The position numbers and the translations under genes are program-made. A DNA stretch of 63,774 nt, the filler included, from Licmophora abbreviata (taxonomy: Eukaryota), in the NCBI GenBank assembly GCA_900291995.1. It is 8 parts of 8 records of this genome, joined end to end, with 100 filler letters (N's around TTAATTAATTAA, not from the genome) between each part and the next. Parts side by side here need not be neighbours in the genome. Positions count along the whole stretch, not along the records: positions 34,049 to 46,027 come from OLMU01005335.1; positions 46,128 to 56,600 come from OLMU01005337.1; 6 more parts are not named here. The stretch is one strand, 5' to 3'. This document shows, piece by piece, positions 35,301-46,548 of the stretch; the stretch's first letter is position 1; the number at the start of each line of letters is the position of its first letter. A model generated the notes under the pieces. That model did no database searches. It was not told the DNA's origin and worked only from the letters and a program-made list of their open reading frames with translations.

Positions 35301-35772
35301 ATAGATCTCGACGCAAAGCATCCAGCTGAAGAGCCTGGTCGGCCTCTTCCATTTCCGGTGATGTCTCGACCGGTCGAGAGTCAACAGATTGCTGCATCTT
35401 GGCGACAAGAGAAGGCAGGGCGTGAACGAGGTTGTGCAGTTCTTGTGCTCTCTCATTCATCTTGAGGACCTCGTCGCTACTTCCGACCAGTTCTCGATAT
35501 CGAGACGCCAAGACAAGCCTGAGTTCCGTGCGCTTGGCTTCCGCATCACTCAGAGCACGTTGGTGCAGACGCCTCATTTCCTCGATCGTCATACTTTTGC
35601 CAATGGACTGAGCGTAGTTCGACTTCGCGGCTGGCATTGCTGCAGATGGACCTCTGCCTCCCTGATTCGGCACGGGGCGCCCCACATTCGGTGGTCCTGG
35701 CATAGAAGTGCCACTGATGCTTCTCAAGGGACGTCCCAGCGACGGGGACACTTGCGCCGTTGCGCTGCTCAT
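32329..35772 (-). CDS. COG1: Conserved oligomeric Golgi complex subunit 1 (Vps51/COG1 family), about 1096 aa once the false gap is closed
   Basis: N-terminal KRTELRLVLASRYRELVGSSD and C-terminal RRFVLLPI. 33896-33948 and 34049-34101 are identical, so merging gives one open frame (…RQSLY-VQTCEIMGRLL…). Confidence 0.8.
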
Positions 35773-36149
35773 GGTGCCCGATGGCAAAAATCAAAAATGA
35801 CCCAATTGCCAAATTGGAAATCAAGTTGAAAATTGAAAATTGAATATCCCAGATTGGTTCAATCATCGCGCGCTGCTTTCAGCTTTGAGCGCGCTGCGAG
35901 TCAGGAAATTAAAAATCAGAAATCACAAATCACAAATCACTGCTGGATGCTCGTGCGTGTGGCTGTCTGAAGGCAATACGGTACTGAGCACTGGTGCACT
36001 GGCACACTCCATGCACAGGCGGTGAATCTGATGCGTTGAAGACGAAAAAAGATTGGATCTCCAATTTGGAATGTGAAATTTGAGAGACAAGCAATAGTGT
36101 GTCGATGACGACGACGACGACGGCTCCGTTCTACTCGTCTCGTGACACA

Positions 36150-37532
36150 ATGGCGATGCTTCGCGTCGTACGACCAAGAGCGATCTTCTCTTATTTATTT
36201 CTTTACTCAATTATAATATCGACGGATGCGTTTGGGCGAGCGAAGAAGCGCGAAGCCCAGCTTGCCGCAGAACTGGAAGAAGCGCGAGTCGCCACCATCA
36301 TGTTCACTGTCCTGGGCGTGGAAGTCACCAAGAATGCAGTGTATACATTCACAGCAATCCTTGCAGTCGTTTTGACTCTGAAGGTACTGGAACAGCGATC
36401 GGACCACGAAAAACCTGGGAATCGTCCTTTCGAACCAGGCACTGTCAATGTTGTCGTCGTTGGATGCGGACTTCCCAAAAAGGGCATGGGCTGGTATCAC
36501 TTGACGCAGCTTCTCGAAATGAAACGAGTCAATGTCACGGCAGTTGTTGAACCCTTCTTTATGAGCCAGAAATTGTGCCCGAACCCTCCGCAGTCCTTCA
36601 CAGAACTTGTAAGATCACTCCAACGCATGGGCGTCGTCGTCACAGCGTCGGTCGATTCCTTGCCAGCCTTTACGAAGCCCACCATGTGCCTAATTGCGGG
36701 GCGAACCCCCGACAATCCGAAGCTCTTTGCTCAGTGTATTGCCAAAGGGGCATCAACAATTTATCTCGAAAAGCCGGGTGCGCCCAGTGTTGCGCAGTTG
36801 CAACACATGAAGGATCTCGCCGACTCTAATCATGCGAAAGTCTTCATTGGATATAACAAGAACGTCACTCCATACGTGCGAGACGCTCTCGCCTGTGCGC
36901 GACAGAATTCCAATTCGCATGTCGTTTTCTGTCACAACAATTCGTACAAACCCGTAGAGCTACCGGAATGCTTTGAGCGCAACAGTGAAGGCATATTGAA
37001 AAACATGGCCATTCACGAACTCGCCTTGTTAGTCTCGTTTTTTGGTGTGACCGTCGACACTATCCAATCCTTCCAAGTCAACCCGAAACGTCTATTTTCA
37101 GAGAAGCTTAGTATTTGGAAACCAGGTAGCTCCATTGCGAATCCCGAATATTTAACCGACTTCTCCCGCGTTGCCTTTCAGGTCACGAACAAGGCGGGGA
37201 CCAAGGTCAGCGTTATGGCGGATCGATGCGGCGGCAACGTCAGTTGGGCTCTTGTCAAGAATGAGCAGGGGCGTGACGTGAGAAAGTTTGAATTTCCTGA
37301 TCCCCAAACGTTAAAGATGGTCGAACAAAAGAGCGAAGCGGATCCAGAAATGATGCCGTACTTTTTCATTCAATCAGACGATTACCTGGAACTCAAGAAT
37401 CGCGTTGTCAATAGTACACTGGAGAGAAACGATGCCGAGGGAGTCGCAACGATTCAAGTGGGCATTGAAGCTCTTAAGCTAGCTGAGTATGGGACAAAGG
37501 AGCTTGATAAAGCACTGCAGGTTAAGAAGTAA
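36150..37532 (+). CDS. Gfo/Idh/MocA-family NAD(P)-dependent oxidoreductase with N-terminal signal/TM segments
   Basis: Rossmann VVVVGCG...MGWYH, IYLEKPG, VFIGYNK, GILKNMAIHELALL. Confidence 0.85.
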   Translation: MAMLRVVRPRAIFSYLFLYSIIISTDAFGRAKKREAQLAAELEEARVATIMFTVLGVEVTKNAVYTFTAILAVVLTLKVLEQRSDHEKPGNRPFEPGTVNVVVVGCGLPKKGMGWYHLTQLLEMKRVNVTAVVEPFFMSQKLCPNPPQSFTELVRSLQRMGVVVTASVDSLPAFTKPTMCLIAGRTPDNPKLFAQCIAKGASTIYLEKPGAPSVAQLQHMKDLADSNHAKVFIGYNKNVTPYVRDALACARQNSNSHVVFCHNNSYKPVELPECFERNSEGILKNMAIHELALLVSFFGVTVDTIQSFQVNPKRLFSEKLSIWKPGSSIANPEYLTDFSRVAFQVTNKAGTKVSVMADRCGGNVSWALVKNEQGRDVRKFEFPDPQTLKMVEQKSEADPEMMPYFFIQSDDYLELKNRVVNSTLERNDAEGVATIQVGIEALKLAEYGTKELDKALQVKK

Positions 37533-37623
37533 TAGCAGTGGTCGTGGCGAAATCACCGTACCGCGAGTCGCATGTAGTGATCCGAGTAGTTGCAAACTTT
37601 GTCGTAGTCGGTGGTGATTATTT

Positions 37624-40029
37624 TTACATATTTTGTTGTCGGGCGCCCTCTCGAAGAAGGGCGGCTGCAAAGGCTTCGGCCTCTGCCGGAGCGAGATCCC
37701 CAGATGCCATGCGGGCCAGTTCTTTTCGACGGTCCTGTTGATCAACCATTGAGGCGCGAACAGGTACTCTCCCATGTTTCTTGTTGCCGGCACTGGGCGA
37801 TTTCTCAATGACCAGGTGCATGTCTGCAATTGCTGCAACCGAGGGACTGTGCGTGATACTGATCACTTGGCTCCTTGCACCGTCACCCTTTCGCGGTCGC
37901 GTCTGATCTGCCAACATGCTAGCCATTGCGACAGCTGCCCTACCACCAACGTGGGCGTCGATTTCGTCATAAATGACAGCAACAGGTGGCGGGATAGAGC
38001 CGGAGGCCGAACTCATCTCAAACCCACTCTCTTGGGTGGTACCTCGCGTTGCTCCGATTGATCCAGGAAGCTCACACTCAATCGCGAGCAGTAGTCGGGC
38101 CTTCTCTCCAGAGCTCGCGACGACATCGACTCTCCCACCACGTGATGGTGTTTTGGTTGTAACATCGTCTTTCTCATGAACGAGTAGAAAGTCTATTGCG
38201 TCCAGTCCCAACGCTGCACCAACGCCATACGCGGACACATCTGTGCAACCACAAACGTTGGACTGAAGAGCGGCTCCAAATGTCGAGTGTTCCATTCCCA
38301 AGGACGGCATTCGCGTTGTCACAGCTGTCGACAATTGTGCAGCCACCTCCGATCGTGCCTTCGTCAACGTCTCACACGCCTTTTCAAACTCTCCCAATGC
38401 CTCTTGCTCCTTGGCATACGCCTTTGGCAGTTTCTCTCGTGCTTCCACGTTGCCATCCAGCTCACCGCGCAACGCTCGGTGACACGAAGGCAATACGTAC
38501 GGACCAATACCATGCTTCCTTGCTAGAGTATTCCAATCGGCGATAATGGTATCAATTTCCTCCATAGATACGATGACCCCGCTTCGAGAAGTTTCCAGGA
38601 TACTGAGTAGACCTTGTTGGTCATCTTCTAGTGATCGAACACATTTCGACAGTGCCGCTTCTATCTGATTGAGGTGATCATGTGTCGTTTCAGCCGATGC
38701 AAGCAATGGACTATCGTCACGTTCATTACCCGAAACGTCAAAGAGAAGATTCCGAGCCCGTTCAATCGCAGTAGCTGCTGAGTCAGGAGCCGAGAGCGAG
38801 GACAGGGCCTCGCATGCGCTTCGCGCTGCCAACACTTGCTCGTCGAGGGACCTGATGGCCTCCCGGAAATCCACCAATCGAGAATATAGAGACGAAGAAA
38901 AGCTCGTATTCTTAGCATCATATGAGTAATCTTCGCACCATGACTGCGAGCACAAGACTTGTGCCGCCTGAGAGACGGTAGACCCAAAATCCAGCTGTTG
39001 GGTACCAATCGTATCATAGAATTGATCAATGCGTCCCTCGAATGCGTCCAACTCATCCACCCAGTGTCGAAGCAGCTTGAGATCCGTTTCGTCGTCGACA
39101 CCACCCGACATTGAGGGCGGAAGGACTCTACTTGCCAGCTCCTGTTCGAGGCGTTCACGATACTCACGACAGCTTCGATACTTTGCTTTTGCCACTTTGG
39201 CTTCGGATCGAACGCCTGATTCGACTCCTGTATCGACAATCGCGAGACGAGAACTGGGCCGCGACAAGGCAGATGCCGCTGCCGTAGCATCAACGATGGC
39301 AACAAGAGGCGATGCAATCGTACGCAGCGTTTTGAGCGTGACGGGCTGACCATTGATCTGACATTGCGACTTGAGTCGTTTGGACGAACTCTGCAATACT
39401 CGCTTCAGTGCAAGTGTCGCCATCCGCTGATCCGAAGCGTTGGGCCGCAGTTGAATGGTTGCATCTAACCCTAGCAGCTCCAATGATCGCTCAACCATGG
39501 TCAAGTGAGGTTCCCCCAGCTCGATGATCATTTCTACAAAAGCCTGCGATTCCTCGTCGCATTCGTCGTCTTCTTTCTCTTGGTTGCTCTGCGGAGAACG
39601 AAGAAGAGTCGTCTTCCCTCCTGTAATCAACTCACAAAGCCTGGCGACCAGCAATGACTTTCCTGATCCCGTTTCTCCCGTGACACTGACTAAGTTTGGA
39701 GACTGACCCAAGTCTACACTGATAGTTCCGTCCTCGTTCGAATCTGCATTGACTACTCCAGCCAGATTGCGGGATCGAATTGTGGCAATGTGACTCGAGT
39801 ACGGCGCGGCTCTCTCATCCTTGTCGATCAACAGCGTCGGTCGTTCTTCCGCAGTACCAATTTGGAATTCTGAAGCGTCCTTAAGAGGTGTCCTTGAATG
39901 TGTTCTTTGTGGTTGCTGGTGAGACCTGGAGAGAGTCCTTATCCGAGACTGCGCGAAACTGAGTGCATTGATCTTAAAAGCCAACGAAGCGTCCAAAAAC
40001 AAAAGAAAAAGAATCCCAGTCTGAGCCAT
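37624..40029 (-). CDS. recN: RecN-like SMC-family DNA repair ATPase, plastid-targeted, intronless
   Basis: Walker A VTGETGSGKS, SQCQINGQPV, coiled coil with LARKHG, signature ASSGEKARLLLA, Walker B YDEIDAHVGG, QVISITHSPSVAA, RRKELARM. Signal peptide + SLAF. Confidence 0.9.
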   Translation of the reverse strand: MAQTGILFLLFLDASLAFKINALSFAQSRIRTLSRSHQQPQRTHSRTPLKDASEFQIGTAEERPTLLIDKDERAAPYSSHIATIRSRNLAGVVNADSNEDGTISVDLGQSPNLVSVTGETGSGKSLLVARLCELITGGKTTLLRSPQSNQEKEDDECDEESQAFVEMIIELGEPHLTMVERSLELLGLDATIQLRPNASDQRMATLALKRVLQSSSKRLKSQCQINGQPVTLKTLRTIASPLVAIVDATAAASALSRPSSRLAIVDTGVESGVRSEAKVAKAKYRSCREYRERLEQELASRVLPPSMSGGVDDETDLKLLRHWVDELDAFEGRIDQFYDTIGTQQLDFGSTVSQAAQVLCSQSWCEDYSYDAKNTSFSSSLYSRLVDFREAIRSLDEQVLAARSACEALSSLSAPDSAATAIERARNLLFDVSGNERDDSPLLASAETTHDHLNQIEAALSKCVRSLEDDQQGLLSILETSRSGVIVSMEEIDTIIADWNTLARKHGIGPYVLPSCHRALRGELDGNVEAREKLPKAYAKEQEALGEFEKACETLTKARSEVAAQLSTAVTTRMPSLGMEHSTFGAALQSNVCGCTDVSAYGVGAALGLDAIDFLLVHEKDDVTTKTPSRGGRVDVVASSGEKARLLLAIECELPGSIGATRGTTQESGFEMSSASGSIPPPVAVIYDEIDAHVGGRAAVAMASMLADQTRPRKGDGARSQVISITHSPSVAAIADMHLVIEKSPSAGNKKHGRVPVRASMVDQQDRRKELARMASGDLAPAEAEAFAAALLREGARQQNM

Positions 40030-40409
40030 TTTTTCTCAACTTGGGTGACAAGCTCAGTCAAGAGGGTTCCGAGACGAAGTTCAATGGCGGTAGAGATCGG
40101 AGGCGAGCGCTAACAAGCCGTCGTGTACCTGTTCACATCGAAGAGAAACATCGATGAAATATCAAAGCTCTCGATTAAAGATCATACCGGCAGAACAGAT
40201 TGAAGATCGCCAACAGAGCGACGAGCTCTATTGACTCAAGAGCTCGTGTCGGGGAAATTGACACACAGTGATGAATAGTGTACTTTGTAAGTCGCTACGA
40301 CATAATTCTCCAGACTTTATTGATAAATAAAGTTGATCGAAGAATGTCGCTCATCTGACGTCCATATATAATCTGCTGGAGTTCGGACAATCTCAATCAT
40401 TCATGGAAC

Positions 40410-42326
40410 ATGGGATTGGCCATGAGCCGCTATGATATGAAGAGAACAGTGAACGACAAAGCCCTCGAGGAGCAGAAGCAGAGTGCTAGTACCGACACTC
40501 ATGCATGGTCCTTGGTTGATATGCTTTCCAGAGACGTTGATCGGATTGTTATGAGCCCCGAGAATGCGGGCTCGGAATGGACGAACCAGATCACTGACGG
40601 CGAGGAACCCATGTCATTCTCTAGCGCGGAAATGGACCATGTCTTTCAAACCCCCGGTACTACCGGTTCTCCTGTGCTTCCTGCTGATACACCGCGAACC
40701 ATGTCATTCAACGCTGCTGTAGCTCCACTGCTCACTCGACCAACGGCGCCCTTCGAGAGATCTGAGCGCAAAAAGGCGCTCACCTCTGCAAAGTACTACT
40801 CAGAGTGCTTTCTCAGGGGTGTTCGACCCGCTGAGGCCGACCTGGCCGCAAGCGAAATCCAAGGAAGATTCAACAAGTGGTGGGGGAAACGTTCTCTCGA
40901 ATGCCGAAATGATGCCCTCCAGCAACAACGGTGCATATTCCGTAAACATACATCTTTTTCTTCACGTAGGAACGATACTCTTGGGAACGAGCAAAGCTAT
41001 CGTGATGCCCACAAGCGCAAACGAACCGCGGGAGAGGACCAACGCCACCTCTACCGGCTGGAGAAGAAGCGTCGATTGGGACGGGGGAGGATGCGAGATA
41101 TTATCGACGATAACACACTGGATCCATACTACGGTAGATGGCTGGATCGACCAGAAGAGGACCTGCCTGCGCTCCAAACCAAGCGGAATGGCGTGGCCTG
41201 GAGAGTCTCGAGTGAAGACGACTCGGGGAACGACGAGGGTCATGCATTCAACAGCCCTATCGACCTACCAACAGCTCTTAGGCAAAGTGGGCCGTTGGTG
41301 GATGGAATCACGCCAGATGAGATAGAGTCACTTCGCGACGAGATGATCGATGAACTGAAACTAAGCGGAGGTGACACGGATGCTCGATCCTTCAAAACCA
41401 AGCTTGCTGTTCTGCATTCGTACTACGTCGCGACTGCTCCAAACCACGATGAGACGATGTCCATGCACGATGACATATGGTTGAGCCTCTCGAAGCCCAC
41501 CTTTCCTGAATGTCTCGGGCGCAATGAGCTAAACCACTACGTATACTCGCTCGGTAGGATGTCCTTTGATATGTTTCGGCCAGCCAACTTGGTTTGTTCT
41601 ATTCAAGGCACGTTCAACTCTGTCTACCCCGTCGATCCCGATACCGACGATGTACCATTGTCGATCCCCCGACGCCTGCGAAAGGAAGTACTTGACAACC
41701 TTTCCAACAACACGGCTCGCGGTGGTATGCTTCGCACGCACAAGTAAGTGGATTGATTCAATTGGTCGGTGTCAGCACGTTGCTTCTGCCTCCTTCTCAC
41801 TCCAGTTCCCTGCTTATCTTCGTCTTCACGTAGCATTGTGGCGGCCTTTACAATCGAACCTAGCCACAAGGATCTCCACCGACCCATTCGAGGCATCATG
41901 ACCAACTACGGTTACTCTCTCCCCGACCCAAACGTGCGCGACAGGGTTTCCATCTGGTTCACGGGTGGGTCCCTTGAGGTCAACGACGAGGACGAGGACT
42001 TGACTGAGTGGATGAAAATCTTCGACCAGCAGACTCTCCCAAGACGTGATCTGCAGGAATACGCAAGAGTCCTCGCCGCCAAAGTGTTGCTGGGAGCTGA
42101 CGTCTCGGAAACGCTGGAGTCCGACGGCACCATGACCTATTCGCTCAGCCGGCCCATCGGAGGCCATGGGTCCGCCTACTGTGATGTGCTGTACATGGAT
42201 GAGGACATTCGGATAATGCGCGGCCATCACGGCTCCGTCTACGTCTTTCAGAAGGTCTCTTCATCGGGCGAAAAAGACGACTTGAGGGGACATCGCCGCC
42301 GCGTCGTCACATCAAAGGCCGCCTAA
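40410..42326 (+). CDS. Hypothetical protein with C-terminal PAP/fibrillin-like beta-barrel; exons 40410-41743, 41834-42326
   Basis: Intron GTAAGT...TAG (41744-41833) joins RTH-N-IVAAF. C-terminal DVLYMDEDIRIMRGHHGSVYVF resembles the fibrillin end motif. Basic NLS-like patches in the N-terminal half. Confidence 0.7.
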
Positions 42327-42660
42327 GACTCCATCTCTGGCGACGTACCGGTATGTACAAGATAGTTTTAAGGTCACCGCTGATGAAGCAAGCCTTTTTT
42401 TGCTAGCGAACTACAGTCCCTTTCTACTCTACTGTACCGTATGATACATTCAACGTAGCGTCATGCACTCAACCCCCCATTACGGAAGCGGTACGGATCT
42501 GCATTGGATAGGACTTACTTCAGTATATTTCAGCTGCTTACTATTGGCATGTACCTACCTGGTAACCTGGTGTACAAAACGATGCTAGCTGCCTTGCACA
42601 CGGTACCGGTAGGAGCTCAATGACTTTCCTTCCACCACCGCCCGTCAGGAGAGTGTGTTT

Positions 42661-43218
42661 CTACTCGTAGACCCAAGCGTTTGTGCACGACTCCCATTCC
42701 GCGATACCCTCTGGGAACCAGTGCGCGATCTCGGCGTTGGCGGACTCGACCGAATCGGATCCATGGCACACGTTGCGGCCGACCTCGATGCAGAAGTCGC
42801 CACGGATAGTTCCCAGCGCAGACTCACTGGGCATCGTGGCGCCAAGCATCTTGCGTCCCTCGAGAACGGCGTTCGCCCCTTCCCAAACCATGGCGACAAC
42901 CGGGCCGCTAATCATGTAAGAGATGAGTCCAGGAAAGAACTTTTTCGCTTTCAGATCTTCGTAGTGCTTCTCCATATGCTCCTGTCCGGGCTGAGTGAGC
43001 TTCATGGCAACGAGCTTGTAGCCCTTCGCCTCGAAACGCTTGATGATTTCTCCAACGAGGCCTCGTTGGACGCCGTCTGGCTTGATCATGATGTCTGTGA
43101 ACCATTTTCGCGTCAAACGAGGCGCGCGAGTGAGACCGAAAGCTCCACGTATCGTGAGCGTTCTTCATCAGCATTCACACACCGGAGACAGTGGATATAA
43201 CTTACAAGTGCGCTCCAT
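42661..43218 (-). CDS. ndk: Nucleoside diphosphate kinase; 13-nt first exon 43218-43206, intron 43095-43205
   Basis: Spliced [22 protein letters not shown]...[10 protein letters not shown]...GTIRGDF...[10 protein letters not shown]...WVYE. Confidence 0.97.
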
Positions 43219-43553
43219 CCTGGACGGCTTGTGGCTTGATATGATACGGTAGGTCTGTCAAGGTTGTGGCAATGACAAATTGAAAAGGGCTGACCGATGT
43301 TCGTGGTGACTCAAGAAAAAATGGACGGATGTGAATGAATGGGCTATGAGACGAACGTAGCTCGGCTTTCCGAAAAAGTACAGATGACAGACCCTGGTAC
43401 GTTACCAGGAGACAAAGCAAGTCGTACCGTTTTCGTAGTTTACGAGATCTTGGAAGATAATTGCCGAGCGCCGACGATCCTGAGTGAATGGAGAAGCAGG
43501 TCTGTATTAGTCTAGGTTAAGCGGTATCTCGTTTAAATGTGGAGATGACCTGC

Positions 43554-46027
43554 TCAAAGTAGATCGAGAATGATAATCTCGACATCCTCGGGTGTCGGGA
43601 GTTCCGGGTCGTTCAGCTTCAGTGCATTCGTCGTATTAGATTCTTTGTCGAGATAGACATTCCTGTCCTGGAACAGCTCGTTCTCCACGAATTTAAGTTT
43701 CCTCAGCAAGGACAGTGTTTGCTCTTGCGATGGTTTTGCCCCTAGTGCTTCCAATTTCTCCTGTACATAAGGAGAGTTCATCAATCGATTAGAGATGGTT
43801 CACTTCATTTCGTGGACACAAGACAACACAACAATAATTGCACTTACTCGGATACGCGGATAATAGGCAATTCGAGGCTTGAAGTTTTTCGCTCGTTTTG
43901 AAGCAGGCCCTTGGCTGTCAGACGAGCTAAGTCTTTCTTCTTCCTCAATCATGAGCCAGGACTGACGCTTCATGTTTGCCATGTGTGCGACGTCCGCAAC
44001 AAGCGCGGACTGTCCAAGAGACTTAAATGACATAGAACGTTCCATGTGGCCCTTGGTGGAAGAGTCTGGCTGAATAGCAGAGACGTGCGGAGACGGCTGA
44101 GGAGTTTGACTGGGTCGAGAAGGATGTGCTCTCTTTGATGTGGCTATCACATTCACGTCTGCTCTGCCTCCCGGCGAAGACTTTGGAGGACTTTCAGGAG
44201 ACGACGCTTCGGTCACCGGAGAAAAGAAATATTGATGTAGAAGCCACAGATCTGCATGCTTGAAAGGTAATCGGCCAACCTCGTTCAACGATCCAAAGTG
44301 CCGTCGAAGCCACCGGAGATTTCGTGACTTCTGTTCCGGGTCGTATGAGAATCCAACGGATGCCATCTGTGGCCCATGCGCATTATCGGCTCCAGATTCG
44401 TTCCACAATTCAATCAACTGCGAGGCGTCGTCGTTATCGGGCTCCGCATGAGTTGCAAGGGCTTGGACCGTTCCCGATTCACTGCGCTCCAACAGAGTCG
44501 CGTTCGACGGGACAAACGGGGCCGTCTCTTCAAGAGCACGCTCATGGGGTTCAGTATGCAGCATCGCCCCACCTTGGTCGCCAATAATCGCTAGTCCTCG
44601 TCTTGCCACTGAAACAACCTCTGTCGGCGACGCCGGTCCCAGGTCGGTTTCGACGGAGCTCGTATCGGATGCGGCCGTATTGTTAATTCCTTCGGTCACC
44701 TGGTCGTGGCTTCGTTTCCTCGCTTGCTGTAGCTGAGGCACACTGCTCTGCTGATGCGACAGCTGCTGGCGCGCATGTTCCCACATTATTTGAATGAACC
44801 GAAGGACTTGGTCGTTCGACCAAGTTCCCAGGACCTGCGGAAGTCCGAGCGTCACGCAGATAGCTGCCAACGGAATCGAAACGCATGTTAGTCTGACTCG
44901 TTTCCTTACCGCGACGATGCGATTCCATATCAGGCACTAGAAGATGCGACTTACCTGCGAGATCAAACCCCGACATGATCCGTAACGAAGGGGTGCGATT
45001 CGAAACGATGCCGGCAACAACATGTCGTTGGGAGGCGTATCCAATCTGACAGTTGTCCAAGTACATCGCCAGCAACGTCTTGTTGTACGCGAGTGCATAC
45101 TTGACTGCCTTGCAGGAGTTGGAATCCAGGGGTATGCCGCTCAGCGATAGACTCGTAATAGACGAACTTTCCGAGACACTCTTCATAAGCGCTTTGATTC
45201 CCAGAGTAGTGATCCGATTGAATCCGAGGTCCAGTACCTTCAGCTTAATCGATGACAATCCGACCGCAGCGAGTTGCGCACCTCTATCCTTTATTCTGTT
45301 GTTATCAAGGCGCAATTCTCTGAGATATTCAGACCCCCAAATAGCGTTCATAAAGCACTCTAATCCAGCACACGATATGTCGTTGAACGAGAGTTGCAGC
45401 ACTTCAAGCGGAAGGGCTTTGTTGGTTGCGATAGCCTGCGACAATAGCGCCATTCCTTGATCATCAATTGCATTGTGTGGCAAGCTCAAGACTCGAATGG
45501 TAAGATTTGTCAAGAGCATACTCGGTACTGACGAAAATCCCTGCTGTTTGATGGCAATATCTCCGAGGTAGAGTTCTTCAACCGTTCTACGCCGATCATA
45601 GCCCGCCTCGTCCGCGAGGGTAGCAATAGTTTCTGCGTTGCTTGTAGCTTCCACCTCCGCAATCGATCGAGCCAGGGACAGCAGACCTCCTGAGCCTATT
45701 TGATTCGCAGCCAGGTGTAGACAAGCTATTCGACAGCCGTTCATGATGGCCCCGGAAATGGCGAGCGCACCAGCTTCTCGGATATTGTTTCCGGACAGAT
45801 ACACAGTGCGAATGACCTCATTCCCTGCCAACGCGTTCGTGCAGAGTGCGGTCACACCCTCATTGCCGATCTTATTGAACCCAAGATCAAGTACGGACAA
45901 GCTCTTGTGGCGTACGCCTTCGCAAACAAAGCCTGACGCCAGAGTAGCCGTCCCGTCATCTCCCAGTTCGTTGTAACTCAGCTTTAGCACGGAGAGCTGC
46001 TGATTCTCAATGATTGCACGTTTGAGA
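43554..46027 (-). CDS. RNI-like leucine-rich repeat protein, 5' end lost in the gap; introns 44864-44954 and 43761-43847
   Basis: Repeated LxxLxLxxNxIxxxG (LSVLDLGFNKIGNEG, LHLAANQIGSGG, LRELRLDNNRIKDRG). Both GT-AG introns restore the frame. Confidence 0.88.
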
Positions 46028-46548
46028 NNNNNNNNNNNNNNNNNNNNNNNNNNNNNNNNNNNNNNNNNNNNTTAATTAATTAANNNNNNNNNNNNNNNNN
46101 NNNNNNNNNNNNNNNNNNNNNNNNNNNGTCGAAAGTCAAGTCCTTTCGATTTTGGTTGAGGGAAGAGTCGCATGTGTCTCTGATTGGTCTAAACTTTACG
46201 AAGGAGATAAGTATGTCTAGTGCGTCAGCCTCGTGCTGACATGGAGCACGGACACAAGTTGGGACAATCTTCAGACACACTCACGAAGTGGACTTTCTGT
46301 CACGCTTTCATCATTCAGTGAATGATTCATTCGACTTGACTCATATCTCTCGACTCTAGACTCACTCGACTCACTCACTCTCGACAGCTTGAGACGATGA
46401 TGGGACGTGACGACGCGCGCCGGACCAACGGGACGGCATTGTTTGTGACCCGTGACCCGTGACTCACTCGCCATCGGCCATCGGCGACAAGGTTCGATGA
46501 GCAGTGAATGTGTACCGCGAACCACGAACCACGAACCAGAAGAGAGCC

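Noticed and set aside
46128..46345. First exons of the LRR gene beyond the gap
   Set aside because: A donor-like GTGAGT exists, but no unambiguous in-frame acceptor could be chosen.
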